Source of the DNA: Euglena gracilis
Taxonomy: Eukaryota
Assembly: GCA_039621445.1 (NCBI GenBank)
Contig: CP154954.1
Coordinates: 10,683,521 to 10,747,520, forward strand
Reading direction: 5' to 3'
Length of the DNA stretch: 64,000 nt
Shown here piece by piece: positions 36,931-50,200 of the stretch. Positions within the stretch are counted from its first letter, which is position 1. Each line of letters starts with the position of its first letter. The position numbers and the translations under genes were made by a program. The notes under the pieces were generated by a model that saw nothing but the letters and a program-made list of their open reading frames with translations, had not been told where the DNA came from and ran no database searches.

Positions 36931-37343
36931 TGTGTACCAGGCAGCCATTCTGCCATGGCACTGTGTACCAGATACAATGGGCTACGGCCTACAAGCTGGC
37001 TACGGCCGGGCTGTACACAGTGGCATGGTTAAACCATAAGACAAAGAGAGAATGTCAGAGCTAGCAAAAGCTTAGCAAAAGCAACTGGTTCCCAATTCAA
37101 GGTTATTGGGTTTGGTGCTTTGCAATTCTCTTTTAGAATTCTGAGGTCGAAGTCCCGTTTGAATACAAGTTTTATTTCTTTCTTTTACAAAGCTCGAAAG
37201 AGCAAAAGTCACTTTCCTATAAGGGACTGCGGTCCCACCAATTCTTCTGCTCTTGTGCTTTGCATTCAAAAGGGAAAAGGAAATCAAATTTTATTGTTAC
37301 TCCCCCCACGGACTTTTCAGGAGGAAAGCATAAGTAGAGAAGC
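36931..37343 (+). repeat. LTR copy, probably the 3'-truncated 5' LTR of E4
   Basis: Clearly similar to 56168-56581; starts TGTGTACC. Confidence 0.8.
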
Positions 37344-40300
37344 CGAAACACACATGCTGAATGCAAGGAAGAACCCAGATGAAAGAGGGAAGAAAAAACC
37401 AAAACTCCATAGGGGAATGTCAAACAGATAATGCGAAAAATTTACACGGCAACACAGATCGATGTGAAGAAACCAAGCTAAATTGTGTTGTGAACAAAGT
37501 GGGATGGAGGTTGAATGACATCCATTTTGAAGAAAAGAGGCATCACTGACAATCATGGACATGGGAGAGGGAGAACGAAAATCACAATGATGAGACATCG
37601 ATCGTAGCACGCAAAAGGGAAAGGCTAACACGTGTCAAAAGGGGGATGTGAAAAGGGAACCGGGTGGTAATTCCAAAAAGCTAGACCACGATAAAACGAT
37701 GCATTCATCAAAGCAATTAGAAAACATCAAATTCAGAAGTTAATACGAGAAGGAAAAAACCAGATGCGTGACGCAAAAGAGCAACAACGTCGCGTGTCTC
37801 AACCACCTGCACGTCAAGGAATTCTGCAGCAGCGCGAGAACATCGGAGAGCGCACGGCATAACCGAGAATAGAGGCTTGGGCAAGCTATCCAGCGACCAG
37901 GATGGGCACCAGCGAAAACATCAGAAAAACGTCACTCTGGAACTTGAGAAAAAGCAAGAGGAAGGACACAAAAACAGCGGAGCTCAAAGGCAAAGGTGAA
38001 GAAGCAGAGGGACAGCAGGATCACCAAACAGATTCCCAACAACGGGCATCAAAGGAAACTCCATAAGGTAAACAGGACAGAAGATTCAACAAAGCGGATG
38101 TTTGGCGGCAGACAAAAACATTTCAAATTTGAAGAAAAAAAAACTTGGAGAGTCTGAAAAAAAAACACCTGCTCGAAATGTCAGTATGGGGGGGGGAAGA
38201 AATAGATGAAGCTCATTAAGGTACAAAGGGGAAGAGGAGAACGACCAGGAAAATGTATACCCTCAGTGGCAAGCAGTCGGCTCGCTCTTGCCATTGAGCT
38301 GAAAGAGTGATGTGTCGACAGTCATGCTGTGCAGGGGAGCGAAATTCTGTTAAATGCAAACAAACTGGAAGACAGAGAAAAACGAGCAAGAGCGTCCACG
38401 AACCGGGGCAGTGAACACGCTGAGAAAACCTTTGCAATTGCACAGCAGCATTGCCACAGAAGAGGTACAATTTTCCAGGGACATCGCGAAGTAAAAACAA
38501 TACGCACAAACGAGCCAATTCAATGGAAGAGGCACACATTGTGGGAAGACTCCATGAGAACCAAAACGCCTATTGGTGACCGTAAACAATAACAACCCCC
38601 ACACCAGCACACCGGCTTGACACACCATCAGAGGGTCATCCGGGACTGCGAGGCCAGCATCTGTGGTGACAAACAGGACAGGGCTGCTGAGGAGATGTTC
38701 TGAGAGAGTCGGGAGGGGGGGTGGCGTAAATGGATGCGGGCAGTGAAGAGCTGCTATAAAATTGCTGCAGACACAAAACAAATGATTTGCATCATCATCA
38801 CCAAGAGGGAGAGAGACCGTCTGTTGCAGAAGAAGGGTCCGTCAAACAAAACACTCCTGCTGAAAAGAGTCTTAAAATAGCCATGCAGAAAATTGAGGTC
38901 ACAACACACAGAAAGAGAGGGACAGCCCCATCCAAAAAAAAAGGAAACAGGGGTGGTCAAAATATGAGTGGTGTGTCATGGGGGGCTGATAATAAACACC
39001 GAAAGACGGACCAAGGCAGCAACACCACAGAGAGGAAGGACAGGCAATTTGGAGGCCGTCAAAGTCATCAAACCTGCCATACCGGACCGCAGCTGCTGAA
39101 GGGCATGGGTGAGGTGAGGTTCATTAAAGACCAGATCTTTCTGCTACAAGCAGCGAAATCGAATCCGTTCGGGCAAAGAGTCAAACCATTCAGCATGAGA
39201 CAGGAGGCAAAAAAAAATGTGGAAAAGCTTGGATCATCATTCGGAGATGGGAGATTGGTTGACAGGAAATGAGGCGGGGAAGGTCCGTACACATGCCGCA
39301 CGATCCATGGTAACCTTGAAGCTCCGCGGCAGCAAAAACGAGAACAGCAGCTCTAGAAAGATGAACATGAGAAGGTTCAGGCAAAAGATCCGATATGGCT
39401 GATATGACTTCCCTGACGAGAGGCGCAGCAATCAGGAGGTTGAGATAAAATATATACACAGCCAAGAACATCAGTGGGCAAGCGCAGACCATGCATAAAG
39501 AGTCTTTGCTTCAGTGCTTCCCACTACTTCTGCAAAAGCTCAGGGTTAACCAAAAAGGAGGGAGACAAAAAACAGCGAGAGGGGGAGGAACATGGAACAA
39601 GACAGGGGTTCGCTGGGATGAGAATAGAGTCAGCCAAATAGCAGAAACAAAAAAATACATGCATCAGGGTGAAAAGAATGCCACTTTAGCCACAACCAAT
39701 AAATCCTCAACAAAATGGCTACGCAATTTCTTTGATGAGGAGTGCACGCATGATGCTCATGTCGACGGGTGGGAGAAAAAGAAACTGGAAGAGATAGAAG
39801 AAGAGAACCTGTTAAACATACATGACTGTTTAAACCAGGAAGACGGAGAAAAGACGAGAGGCCGAACTGCCAGGGAATTAAAATATAGTCAATTTCAGTG
39901 ATAGATAGACGACCGGCACGGGAAACAACGTTTGTGTATTGACCGGGGGACTCCAAACAGTTGCCGGCCTGCATCGGTCTGTGAAGCAAAGACCTGGGGC
40001 GACGTGGAATGTTGAAATCGACATACTAGGGAAACGAAGTGCTGTATGTGATGTAACAAAGCAACAATATGAGAGAGCTCAAACTCCTTGGTGTGAGGGG
40101 AGAGGTGGGTATCCAGATGAACATTAATGAATAAAAAGAGGGGCTGGTGGGGTTATGAACAGCTGTTGCAAACCAATTCCAACCATCATACAAAACAGTT
40201 AACTCCAAAGTGTCCATGAAAAAAAGATGTCCATACCCCGCCCAGGACCACGTTCTGTACTCTTGATGATCAAAAAAACACTTAAGCGACGGGACAGAGG

Positions 40301-42200
40301 CAAAAGAAACATCCCACATTTCTTGCAAGAAAACTGCATCGAGGTCAACAGAAAAAAGGAGTGAAAAAAAGGTGGTGAGGAGAAATCCAGGACCTCCACA
40401 GTTCATGGAAAGAAAAGAGACTGAATCAGAAGGGCTGCTCCCGCGAGGAGAAGGAGGTGGCGACTTCCACAGCTATCCCCACGAAGGGACCCGGAGCCCT
40501 GGGGAGGGGTGGGCCAGGCATTGAGTATGAGAAGAGAAAACTGGTTGAACATGACCAAGAGAAAGATTCTCAAAAAAGGTCCGGCCAGGCAACCGAGCGT
40601 TGGAGATAAGGGTAAAAAAACCACACGTAGCAAGTGCAGCCAGCCCGTTGGCGAGAGCCATATGACAAGATGAATGCAATGGGGGAGGCCCACAGCGTGG
40701 ACAAAAGTTAGGGCAGGCCAAAAAAAGGGGGGGCACGGAGCTTTTGGGAAGGGGGGTTAGGTGAGGAGAAATTTCAGAACAAGGGAGCGTTGAAGCACCA
40801 GAGTGCAGGCAGCATGAAAATCAAGGGGTGAAAAATGGGACGCCGAAGTTTCATGGTGGTGCGCAGTGCAAATTATGGGAGCCCAGCATTTCAAAGGAGA
40901 AAGGAGCAAATGAGAAACTGGTGCAGGAAATGAAGAAAAGCAAGCCACCAAAACGTTCATGACGGATGGGTCCGGGTCCAACGTGTAAGCGGGGGGAGGA
41001 AAATACAGGGGTTGAGTGTGGTGGCCAAATCGAAGCACTATGACAAACATCATTGACGAGACTCCATCACGGAACCCAGGACCAACATCCGCTGTAAATA
41101 ACAGATGGCTGAATGGGAGGGGAAATCTCAACCGCAAACACAAATACAGAATTGATAAATTGTGAAAACTGCCCCCGGGAAAAATGTGAGGCCAGACAAA
41201 AGAGGATGGTGTCCAGGGAAAATATACATAACTGGGGCGCAGAGGTGGTAATCATAACCAATTCTGAGTAATACCACCAAAAAAAACCTGAGGTGCTGTC
41301 AGATTGGCACACGCCGAAAGGTTTTGGATGAGGGATTGGGGCTGAAATGTAGGTGGTCTCAAAAGCAATGGAATGGTCGGAGGCGACAGTGACGTCCAAG
41401 AAGAACTGTACAATAATGGCTGTGATGGGTCAGGGCAGTCCAAAATGGCAAAAACAGAAAGAAGGAAAAACGAAACATAAATAAAAACATAGATTGTGGG
41501 AGACCTTGCAAAATAACAGGAACAGGAAAACCAGATTGGTTGAAAGAGAACCTGTGATATGTACAAGCCTGTTAATTGGAATAAGCAAATAAAAAAACCC
41601 GTACTCATGTTCATACACTGTTTTTCTTTAAATGTAATACACTGGCCCGATGAGGACACTTATGAACAAAGAGAGAAAAAACTAACAATTGCCGGAAACA
41701 AATATAATAGGGGAAAAAAACATACGGAAAACGCAAAAAGAAAAACTGTTTTGCCTCAAAATCAGAAAAAACAACAACAAAACAGCGACCATCACCACCG
41801 CCAGCAACAACGACAACAACAAAAACAACAGCAAAAAGACAATGACAACAACAACGACAACGTCGACAACAACAACAACAACAACAACAACAACATCCAA
41901 GTCAGCAGCCACAGCATCGGGAAACAGAGAAAACGCGATAGAGACGACGTGGGCAAAGAGAATGTGCCAGGCAGACGAGCAAAAAGCCAGAGACAATCTA
42001 GGGAGGAGAGGAGGGAATGCGGATTTGCAAATAACGACAGGGGACTTGGTGGAGGAACAGTGGGTGCCACGGCAAGAGAAATAATCACACCTGGAGTATG
42101 GAATAAAAACCCAAAAGACAACAATAACAACAACAAGGTAAGTGCGAAAAAAGTAAACCAGTAAATAGAAAACAGATATAATAAAAATTAGCACGTAAAG
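37344..42200 (-). mobile_element. degenerate APE-type LINE
   Basis: MNCGG...DAVFLQEMW (40406) and TEIDYIL APE motifs; RT remnants GVFPQCVPL and FVDA at ~38400-38550; boundaries approximate. Confidence 0.6.
41770..41895. repeat. (AAC)n-rich microsatellite
   Basis: Read directly from the sequence. Confidence 0.85.
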
Positions 42201-42478
42201 ATTCGTATAGAAAATATACAGCTACCGTTTGTGCACTCGTTCACCACAATGTGGCTACCACCTCATCCCTCAGAGGATAGAGCACCGTCGAGCCGTGGTA
42301 GCCCCGCTGACGGTCCTAAGCGCGGGCGAGGTGTCTCAGGGGCACAAGTGGCTACGGATGCATCACAAAGCCTCTGAGCCCCCACCTTTGCTTATCTTTT
42401 TGGGTCTTTTCACACAAATTTTTACAATTTTTACAATTTTTCCGATTTTCACAAAAAATTTCCAATTTTTCATCAGAA

Positions 42479-45400
42479 ATGCAAAGCGCACATGCGCACA
42501 CGGGAAACGCACCTTTTAACTATACTTTGTTAATAGGTTCGCTTCGTGGACTGCAGAATGCAGACGGAGTCGCTACGGCGACAGGAAATTTTTCCTTACA
42601 ATGGGCGGATGCCCAAGTTGCTTTAGCGACAGAAAATTTTTATCCACAAGGGGCGGATGCCCAAGCCGCTTCTGCGGTGGCAAATTCTTCCATACAAGGG
42701 GCGGACGCCCAAGCCGCTTCGGCGGTACCCCCCCCCCACAACTGGCTTTTCGAACCCAAACCACATTAGCGGTCCCCCCCCCCTACAACAAGCCGCTTCG
42801 GCGGTACCCCCCCCCTCCAAGTGTCTTCGAACCCAAGCCGCTTCGGCGGTACGCCCCCCCCCCTCCAAGGGTCTTCGGACCCAAGCCGCTTCGGCGGTGC
42901 CCCCCCCCGTACAAGGGTCTACGGACCCAACCCGCATTCGCGGACCCACCGTTAAAACCGCCGCATTTGCGGTGCAACATAACCCTACAATGGGTCTACG
43001 GACCCACCCCCCCCCCCGCTTCTGCGGAGTCGGACTCACAAGTGGGCCGAATGCCCGAACGGGACTGGCAATTAGTGCCTTTTGGCACCCAATTGCCTAC
43101 AGATCCCCCCCCCCTTACGAGGACGGGTTGGAAACACCTTGTTTTTCCAACCCCCCCCCGGCTCTACCACCGGTAAGCCCCATTCGGGACTTGCCCCCCC
43201 CCCTCCACAATTTGGAGAAATCCCAGAACTACCTTGGTCCGCTGAAATGCGGTTGGTGGTCCCGGACACTGCCGGTGTCATTGTTCCCATGGACAATGAC
43301 CCCGAGGAAGACCGGGATTCGGTCTCCAGTAATACCGTTGAGCGCGTAGTCGCAAATTTACAGGAGAACCACCCACTACAACAGCAATTTCGACACATCG
43401 AAGCATGTATCCAAAATTGCGCTAAAACACTGAACCAAGTCCTACAATTTGATGAAGACAGTCACAAGGCCGTTTTCGGCAAGCTGGACTTCCTTTGCCA
43501 ATACATCCAAGAGTTTGGACAATTTTGCTAAAAGAATTTCAACTCCACTACAATGGACCTTCAGAACCTCCACCAAGGTTTTGACGCATTTTTGCGCAAC
43601 ACCTTGGTACAAAACTTCCAACAGGTACAAGAGACCCTCCACACCGCGAAATCGCGGAATAACGCAAAATTTTCACATTTACAACAAAATCTACAACAAT
43701 TGTTTATATAACTGGAAAACTTTTCTTATACAATGCAAGAATTGCAGTCCCGCCTACAACAACGGGATAATGCGCCTACGGGTGCGGAACTTGGCTCATA
43801 TGTCTCATATGAGCACTTCTCAACCCTGTCCAATGTTGTACAACAATCCCAAGAACGCATTTTGTGTTTGGGTGATGAAAACGCGAGTTTTAATCAAAAT
43901 TTTGCACAAATACGCGAAACCTATGTACAAACAGCTTTTGCTCAACAACTGGAAGAGCGGATTGCTCGTTTGGAACAAACTTCCTGAAAATGCGGTGAAG
44001 TTTCCCCCAATTTGACCTCATTGCACACTCAAGTGGCGGAAATCGCGCATCGGCAAGATTTCCTCCATGAAAAGTGGCAAAACGACATATAAAAACTTGA
44101 AACTGCTTCCAATGCGCTACAAACCGCTACTCCAATCCCGCGATGCGGTGATTCTTAGCTTACAAACCGCGAATGCGGAACTTCAAGACCGAGAAACGGT
44201 CATAACTACCATCCAAACCGTGAATGCGGACCTCCAAATTGCGTTTGCAGACCTGAAAACCGCTTACTACAAACCGCAATTGGGGACTTACAACGCCGTT
44301 TTGCGGAAACTTCCACCAAAAATCCCAGTATGGGAGCATTACGATCCACTGTAACCGATTTGCACAATCAGTTCCAAGCGGATGTGAACAAAATCGAATC
44401 CGCGTTTGCGGATTTGCACAAACGGTGCAACGGTATTCAAAAATCATTTCCGGATGTCACCGGCATTGAAACCGCACTTGCGGATTTGAATACCCAACAC
44501 AAAACCATACAATCCACCACTTCCCATTTACAAAAACGCATACAAACACTTTCTACAAGGGTCTCTGGACTCCAACCGTCCTCGGATGGACAACCGGTTC
44601 GCGAAGTCGAACTACCCCTTGACTGTCGCACATTTTACGACCAAATGCTTGCGAAAAATCAGGAAAACTTACAAGAAGTTTGTGAAACCTTGATGAGGAC
44701 CGAATTCGGTCACCCAACAAGTTCTCACATTAAAACAACAAATTTCGGTGTTGGACAACCGACTTTCTACAATGATGGATGACAAAACCGCTGAAAATGC
44801 GGTAGGGGTACCCCAACCCACGTTGGGTACCACAACCCCACAAACCGAGAATCGGTTGAACACCCTTACAACCACAATGGAAACTTTGGTTAAGCAGGTC
44901 CAATTCTTGGACACCACTTTTACAAAGCTTTCCGCGGACTTTGACTCCATTGTTGACAAATTACCACTTTTGGACGAGTTACCCTCATACCGCAAACGTA
45001 TTAAGCGTGTGCAGGGTGATGTTGAACGAATTTCGGACCATTTCCAAGTGGCTGGTTCATTGGAACAAAGTATCCAAGATTTTGCATTGAGTTTGGACGA
45101 GATTCATGCAAAATCCCGCAACCCCCCGCACTTTGCCCCTGAAAACCGTGTTTTCTGTGGTCAAAATGCAACTTCCAGCTCACAACGCGCTTGTCGCGCA
45201 TCAACCGAAGCATCTTCGGATGCCCGACATCCGAAGATGCGACTTTGTGCATCAAATTCGCGATTCGTTGGATGCCAATCCTTCCAAAAGCGCAGTATGC
45301 GCACCCTTACAAGCATCTTCGGACGCACATGCCCTACAGGCATCCAGGGATGCACATGGTCATGAACATGCCTACAATCGCGATTACAATCGCCCGTGTA

Positions 45401-47282
45401 TACCACAACTTAAGATTCCCTCCCTAAGGGTGAATCTTCGGATGAGGAACCGGTTTTTACCACGAAAACCGCGAATCCTCCGGTTTTACAACAAGAATTT
45501 CGCGAATCGGGACTGATTCGCGGTATGAGCCATACCCCCTACCCCGGGTATTTGCCATGGATCGCGAATGCGAAACACGGAATTTACCGCGGTTCCCCTA
45601 TTTCCGGGTGAAACAACGGGATTCCTACCCCCTGGTACGTTACCACACCCCGAATCGCGGAATCGCGACCCTTCACAATCCGAATCGCGGAATCGCGAAC
45701 CACAACCATACAATTCGCGGAATTGCGATGTACCAAATACCCATGGTACCTACGATACCATGAGTACCATCACGGATGTGCATTCGCGCATGCCACAACA
45801 ACAACCTTACCTTAACCATCAAGATGGAAATCGCGGTCCACAACGCGATTTCAAAGGTACCATTACAATTGCCAACAAGGTAAAACAACAATGGGATGGA
45901 GATCCCACAACTTGGAAACGATTTTGGCGCGACTGGACATACTCCTGGGACTTGAAGCGTCCAACCCAAGACGGGAAGCCTGATGTAATCAAGATGGAAT
46001 TCATTGATTGCCTCCCCAAGGAAGAAAAAGAACGCGCCCGACAACTTGTGATCCGGAATCGGACAACTTTTGATGAACTTTTTGACCAATATGTGTCAAC
46101 TTGTTCAAGCCTCATTTCGCGAATTACGCTGCAGAAAAAATGGCGGCAATTCGCGCCCAATGACCGAAAATGGAAGTCAATCGACCTTTGGTATTCCAAA
46201 TGGTTGGGATTGGCTTCTGAGGTTGATGAACTGGGAGAGAACCAAATGAAAGAACAATTCGATGCGGTTCTCCTCCATTTCATTCCTACAATTATCAAGG
46301 ACATTCACCGTGAGGAACTCGCGGACAAAAAACTCACACTTGAACAACGATGGAAGTATGTGTCCAAACAAATGAAACTCTCACAACTTTTGGGACAGAT
46401 ACGATCGGCTTACACCCACCACCCTACCGCTGGTCTCCCTAGCGGTACGGTAAGTGCCCTACAAAAGACTTCTTCTCCGAAATCGCCAAAATCCCCACGG
46501 GGATACGGTAAACATACAATCTCCCCAAGGGGAGATACAAAAACGCGCTATCCGCGCTCATCTGACTAATCTTCTGACAAAACTGGCTTTTTGTGCAACA
46601 AAGCGGGGCATACGTCCCGTGACTGCCCCCACCCTGATACGTGAAAGCGGTATCAGAGTCCAAGGGGTTCGCAATCCTCACGGAGCTCACGCTCCTTCGG
46701 ATATTCACACAAATCTGGACAATCACAATCGTCGGGTTATCGATAAAGGTCCCGATCACCGTTCCGCGACCGCGGACGCGATCACCCACCTCGTGGTCGA
46801 TCACCCCGACCCCCTTACAGGCGTGATACAAATCGCGACTCATCGCGATCACGTTCGCGAAGTGGATCATCTTCTTCGCGATCGTCATTCGGGAAACCGG
46901 GTTACAACAACCGTGGTCGAACGGGATTCCGTTCACCAAGACCTCCAATGGGTGAAAGCTCATCACACAACCGACAACAGTCACAAAACCGACAAAAGTG
47001 TCCCTTTGTGGATCACATAACAACCATTTCTCCAAATGTTATCGTTCTCGCTCTCCCCGTCCGAACCAACGTCACCACAATGATGCAAAACACAACAACA
47101 AACACAAGGTCGGGTTCAAAATCTCCTCTTTGGAGGAGGGAACCCCGGCTTCGGGCAGGGAGGGGGATGAGAACTCCGAATCCTCGTTGGAGGACGACCG
47201 CAATGCGGTCCGCGCATTGCGCGCTATCTACTCACACAAGAAAACGATAAACAGCCGAAGTGCTGAATCGGACTTGGAGTAG
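42479..47282 (+). pseudogene. gag: E4 long gag (coiled-coil N-terminus, capsid-like core, knuckles, RS-rich tail), disrupted
   Basis: Homologous to E5 gag (MQS..FNY.L; WDGDPTTW...IKMEFIDCLP); 48-bp repeats at 42600-42930; ends ESDLE-TAG. Confidence 0.8.
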
Positions 47283-50200
47283 GGGAGCCCGAGGTCTGTG
47301 GGCACGGACCTCTGGGCTGATGAACAGACGGAAGTAGGACCTGATCAACCTTACTTTCCCTGCCTATCTGCCTTTTTGGTCGGTACCCGGAAAATTTTCG
47401 GGTCCCCCACCCCCCACTCCAAATTTCTGCCTGGAATGCTGAGCAAAGAAGGAACGGGATCCTGGAATAGTTGGAGAGACAACAATTTTACACCGGATCC
47501 TGCACTTTGCGTACCCCCCCATGGAACTTTTGGTCCAAGCGGAAATCGGAACACAAAATTTTTCTACCAAATGCAAAATTTTGGTCCACCCAGGGTGTCG
47601 AATCCCTCTTCTCTTTCGAACGGGATTAATTCCCTACTCCCTCTTGGTGAAAGCCAAGTACCCCATCAAAATTATGACTGCTGACAACAGCCCCATGTGT
47701 GGTGGTGACTTGGGATGCTTTTTGGACATACTCCTCCCCATCATCCCCAAGCACCACTCACAGCCCCCACACATACAAAATTTTCTGGGTACCTGGAGTT
47801 ACGAATCGGGTATCCGCGGGTCTGACGTAATTTTGGGTTTTCCATTCTTGCGTCAGAACCGCCTTGTTGTGGATTGTCCCTCCCTCGGTTTGCGCACTAC
47901 TTCACGCACACAACCCACACCACCGAATTTCTCCCCCATGACATCTCCCCAGATGTCCCCCCGCCTTGCCACAACGTTTTCTACAACCGAAAACACCGTG
48001 TCCTACCCTAGGGGTAAAGAGAAAGGTGCCCCCCTGCCACTACACTTTTAGTGCACGTTTCCCATGCGGTAGGGAAAGAGAGTAGCTTAACCCCCACGTT
48101 TCACTGGGTTTCAAGGCGAAAGCCCAAAGGCCTGAAGAAACTTCGGTGTCGAGTAGCCGCCCAGCTGCACAACGTTTACGTTTTCCACCAGGTGTGTCGA
48201 TTTCGGACACCCCTGTACACCTCCCAGCAGCTACAACCTCCAACACCCCCATACACACAGTACACATGACTGACATGCACTTCCAGACCGACACTTCCTA
48301 CCAATGCGCACATTGCCGGAGAATTTACACACAACCTGATTTCGACTGTGGATGTATTGTTGAACCTTCCAAACTAATCGCTTTACACAACAACCAGAGT
48401 ACACTTGTAACCGGAACCGGTACCGAGTTTACCCTGACCGCTGAACGAGAACACAACACACGGGTTTGTTACCCGTTGTGTGTTGAAGTACATCGACAAT
48501 TGGACAAATGCGGAATCACGTCCCTGTTCGGAATCGCGATAACCGCGCAGCAGGACCTCCAATGGCAGAAAGCCAATCTCTCTGACCCCGAACGGCAGAA
48601 TGCCAACCCCTCCAATGTCCCTGCATACAAGTGGCGGAATGCCAACAATAATTGTACTTCTTACAATACACCTGACATATTTCGTACAATGATTGATGAA
48701 GTGTCTTCGGACACACCGCATTACCAATGTGGCTCGGTAAACTGTGTTTCAGGCCTCCATAGGACTGAAACCGCGACAGTTTTCGCGAACCGCATCTTGA
48801 ATGCGTTCAATTTTGGACAATACCGCATTTTGGAAACTTGGTTTTCCAAAATCGCACAAATCGCCAAGTCGATGGACCTACAATTGGAGATTGACGCATT
48901 TTCGTCCAAAGCACATTCTCGTTTATCCAATTACTGGTCAAGCCCTACAAATGCGTCTGATAAGTTTTGGGGTGATGTGGTCCTGTGGCTACATCCACCT
49001 CTGAAACTTATCCCTCTTGTCGTTGACAAGATCCTTCGGGATCAAGCACGCGGTGTGCTACTGATTCCTATAAATCCCGAAGCAGAATGGTTCCAACAGC
49101 TGACGTATGTCACTTTTCAGTGGTGGGATTCACCGAATGACACCCCTTATCTGAAGATTTTTGTGGTGTCATGTTACCACCATTGAAAGAAAAATCATTT
49201 TTCGTGTTTGTTTCTTTGATGGATTCGGAACTGTTGACCACACTGACAAATTCATACGGGATAAAGGTCAGAGTGACCAAATATACCAAATATCCGCAGT
49301 GATAGAAAGCGGTGGTCAACATCCCAAATCACAAGAACTATGTAAAAAGATCAATCGCGAATTCAGTGGTGTTTTGGAACATCCTATCTATGCCCATGAC
49401 ATAGATCCTGCAATTCGCAGACCTTTTGGTGTCTGTAAAATCAAACTCAAAGAAGGTGCACAGCCCATGCACCGAAAATTATTTCGCTGTTCAGGCGAAA
49501 GAGAACAAGCTCTTAATACAATGATCGAAAAACTGATTGAACAAAAAACGGATCATACCCTCCAAAAGCGAGTGGACCTCACAAGCTTTTGTTGTACCCA
49601 AGCCTCCCGATGCTTCTGGAGAGAAGAATTGGAGACTTGTGCTGGATTACCGATACTTGAACTCACAGACAAAAGACGATCCATTTCCGTTACCACTTAT
49701 CGAAGACCTGATTACAAAACAAGCGGAAAACCGCCCCTGGTCGATTTTCGACTTAGAGGATGGTTTTCACCAGATGCACTTACACCCTGACTCACAACCA
49801 TACGCAAGCATTTGTAAAAATCCCGTGGAGTTTACCAATGGACGGTGTTACCAATGGGTGTTAAGAATGGCCCAGCCATGTTCCAAAGAATGATACAATG
49901 GATTTTACGAGACTTACCGTTTGCAATGGTATACATTGATGACGTGCTGATTTGCACACCTCCTCCACTTACAAATTCGGGTAGTGATATCCTTGATATT
50001 CACTACCGCGATATACGTTCCGTACTGACAACGTTTCAAAAACATTTGCTTTTCGTCAAAGGTGCGAAAATGCATTTGTTTCGCGAAACGATAAAATTTT
50101 GTGGACACATTCTTAACAACGGACAAAGGAGAGCGCAGTATTACGCGATTTACATGAAGGATTTCGCGAAAATCGCGGTACCACTGACACGACAACTCAA

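Noticed and set aside
41559-42164. Poly-Q/N protein gene
   Set aside because: Explained by the AAC microsatellite; may be antisense to the LINE 5' region
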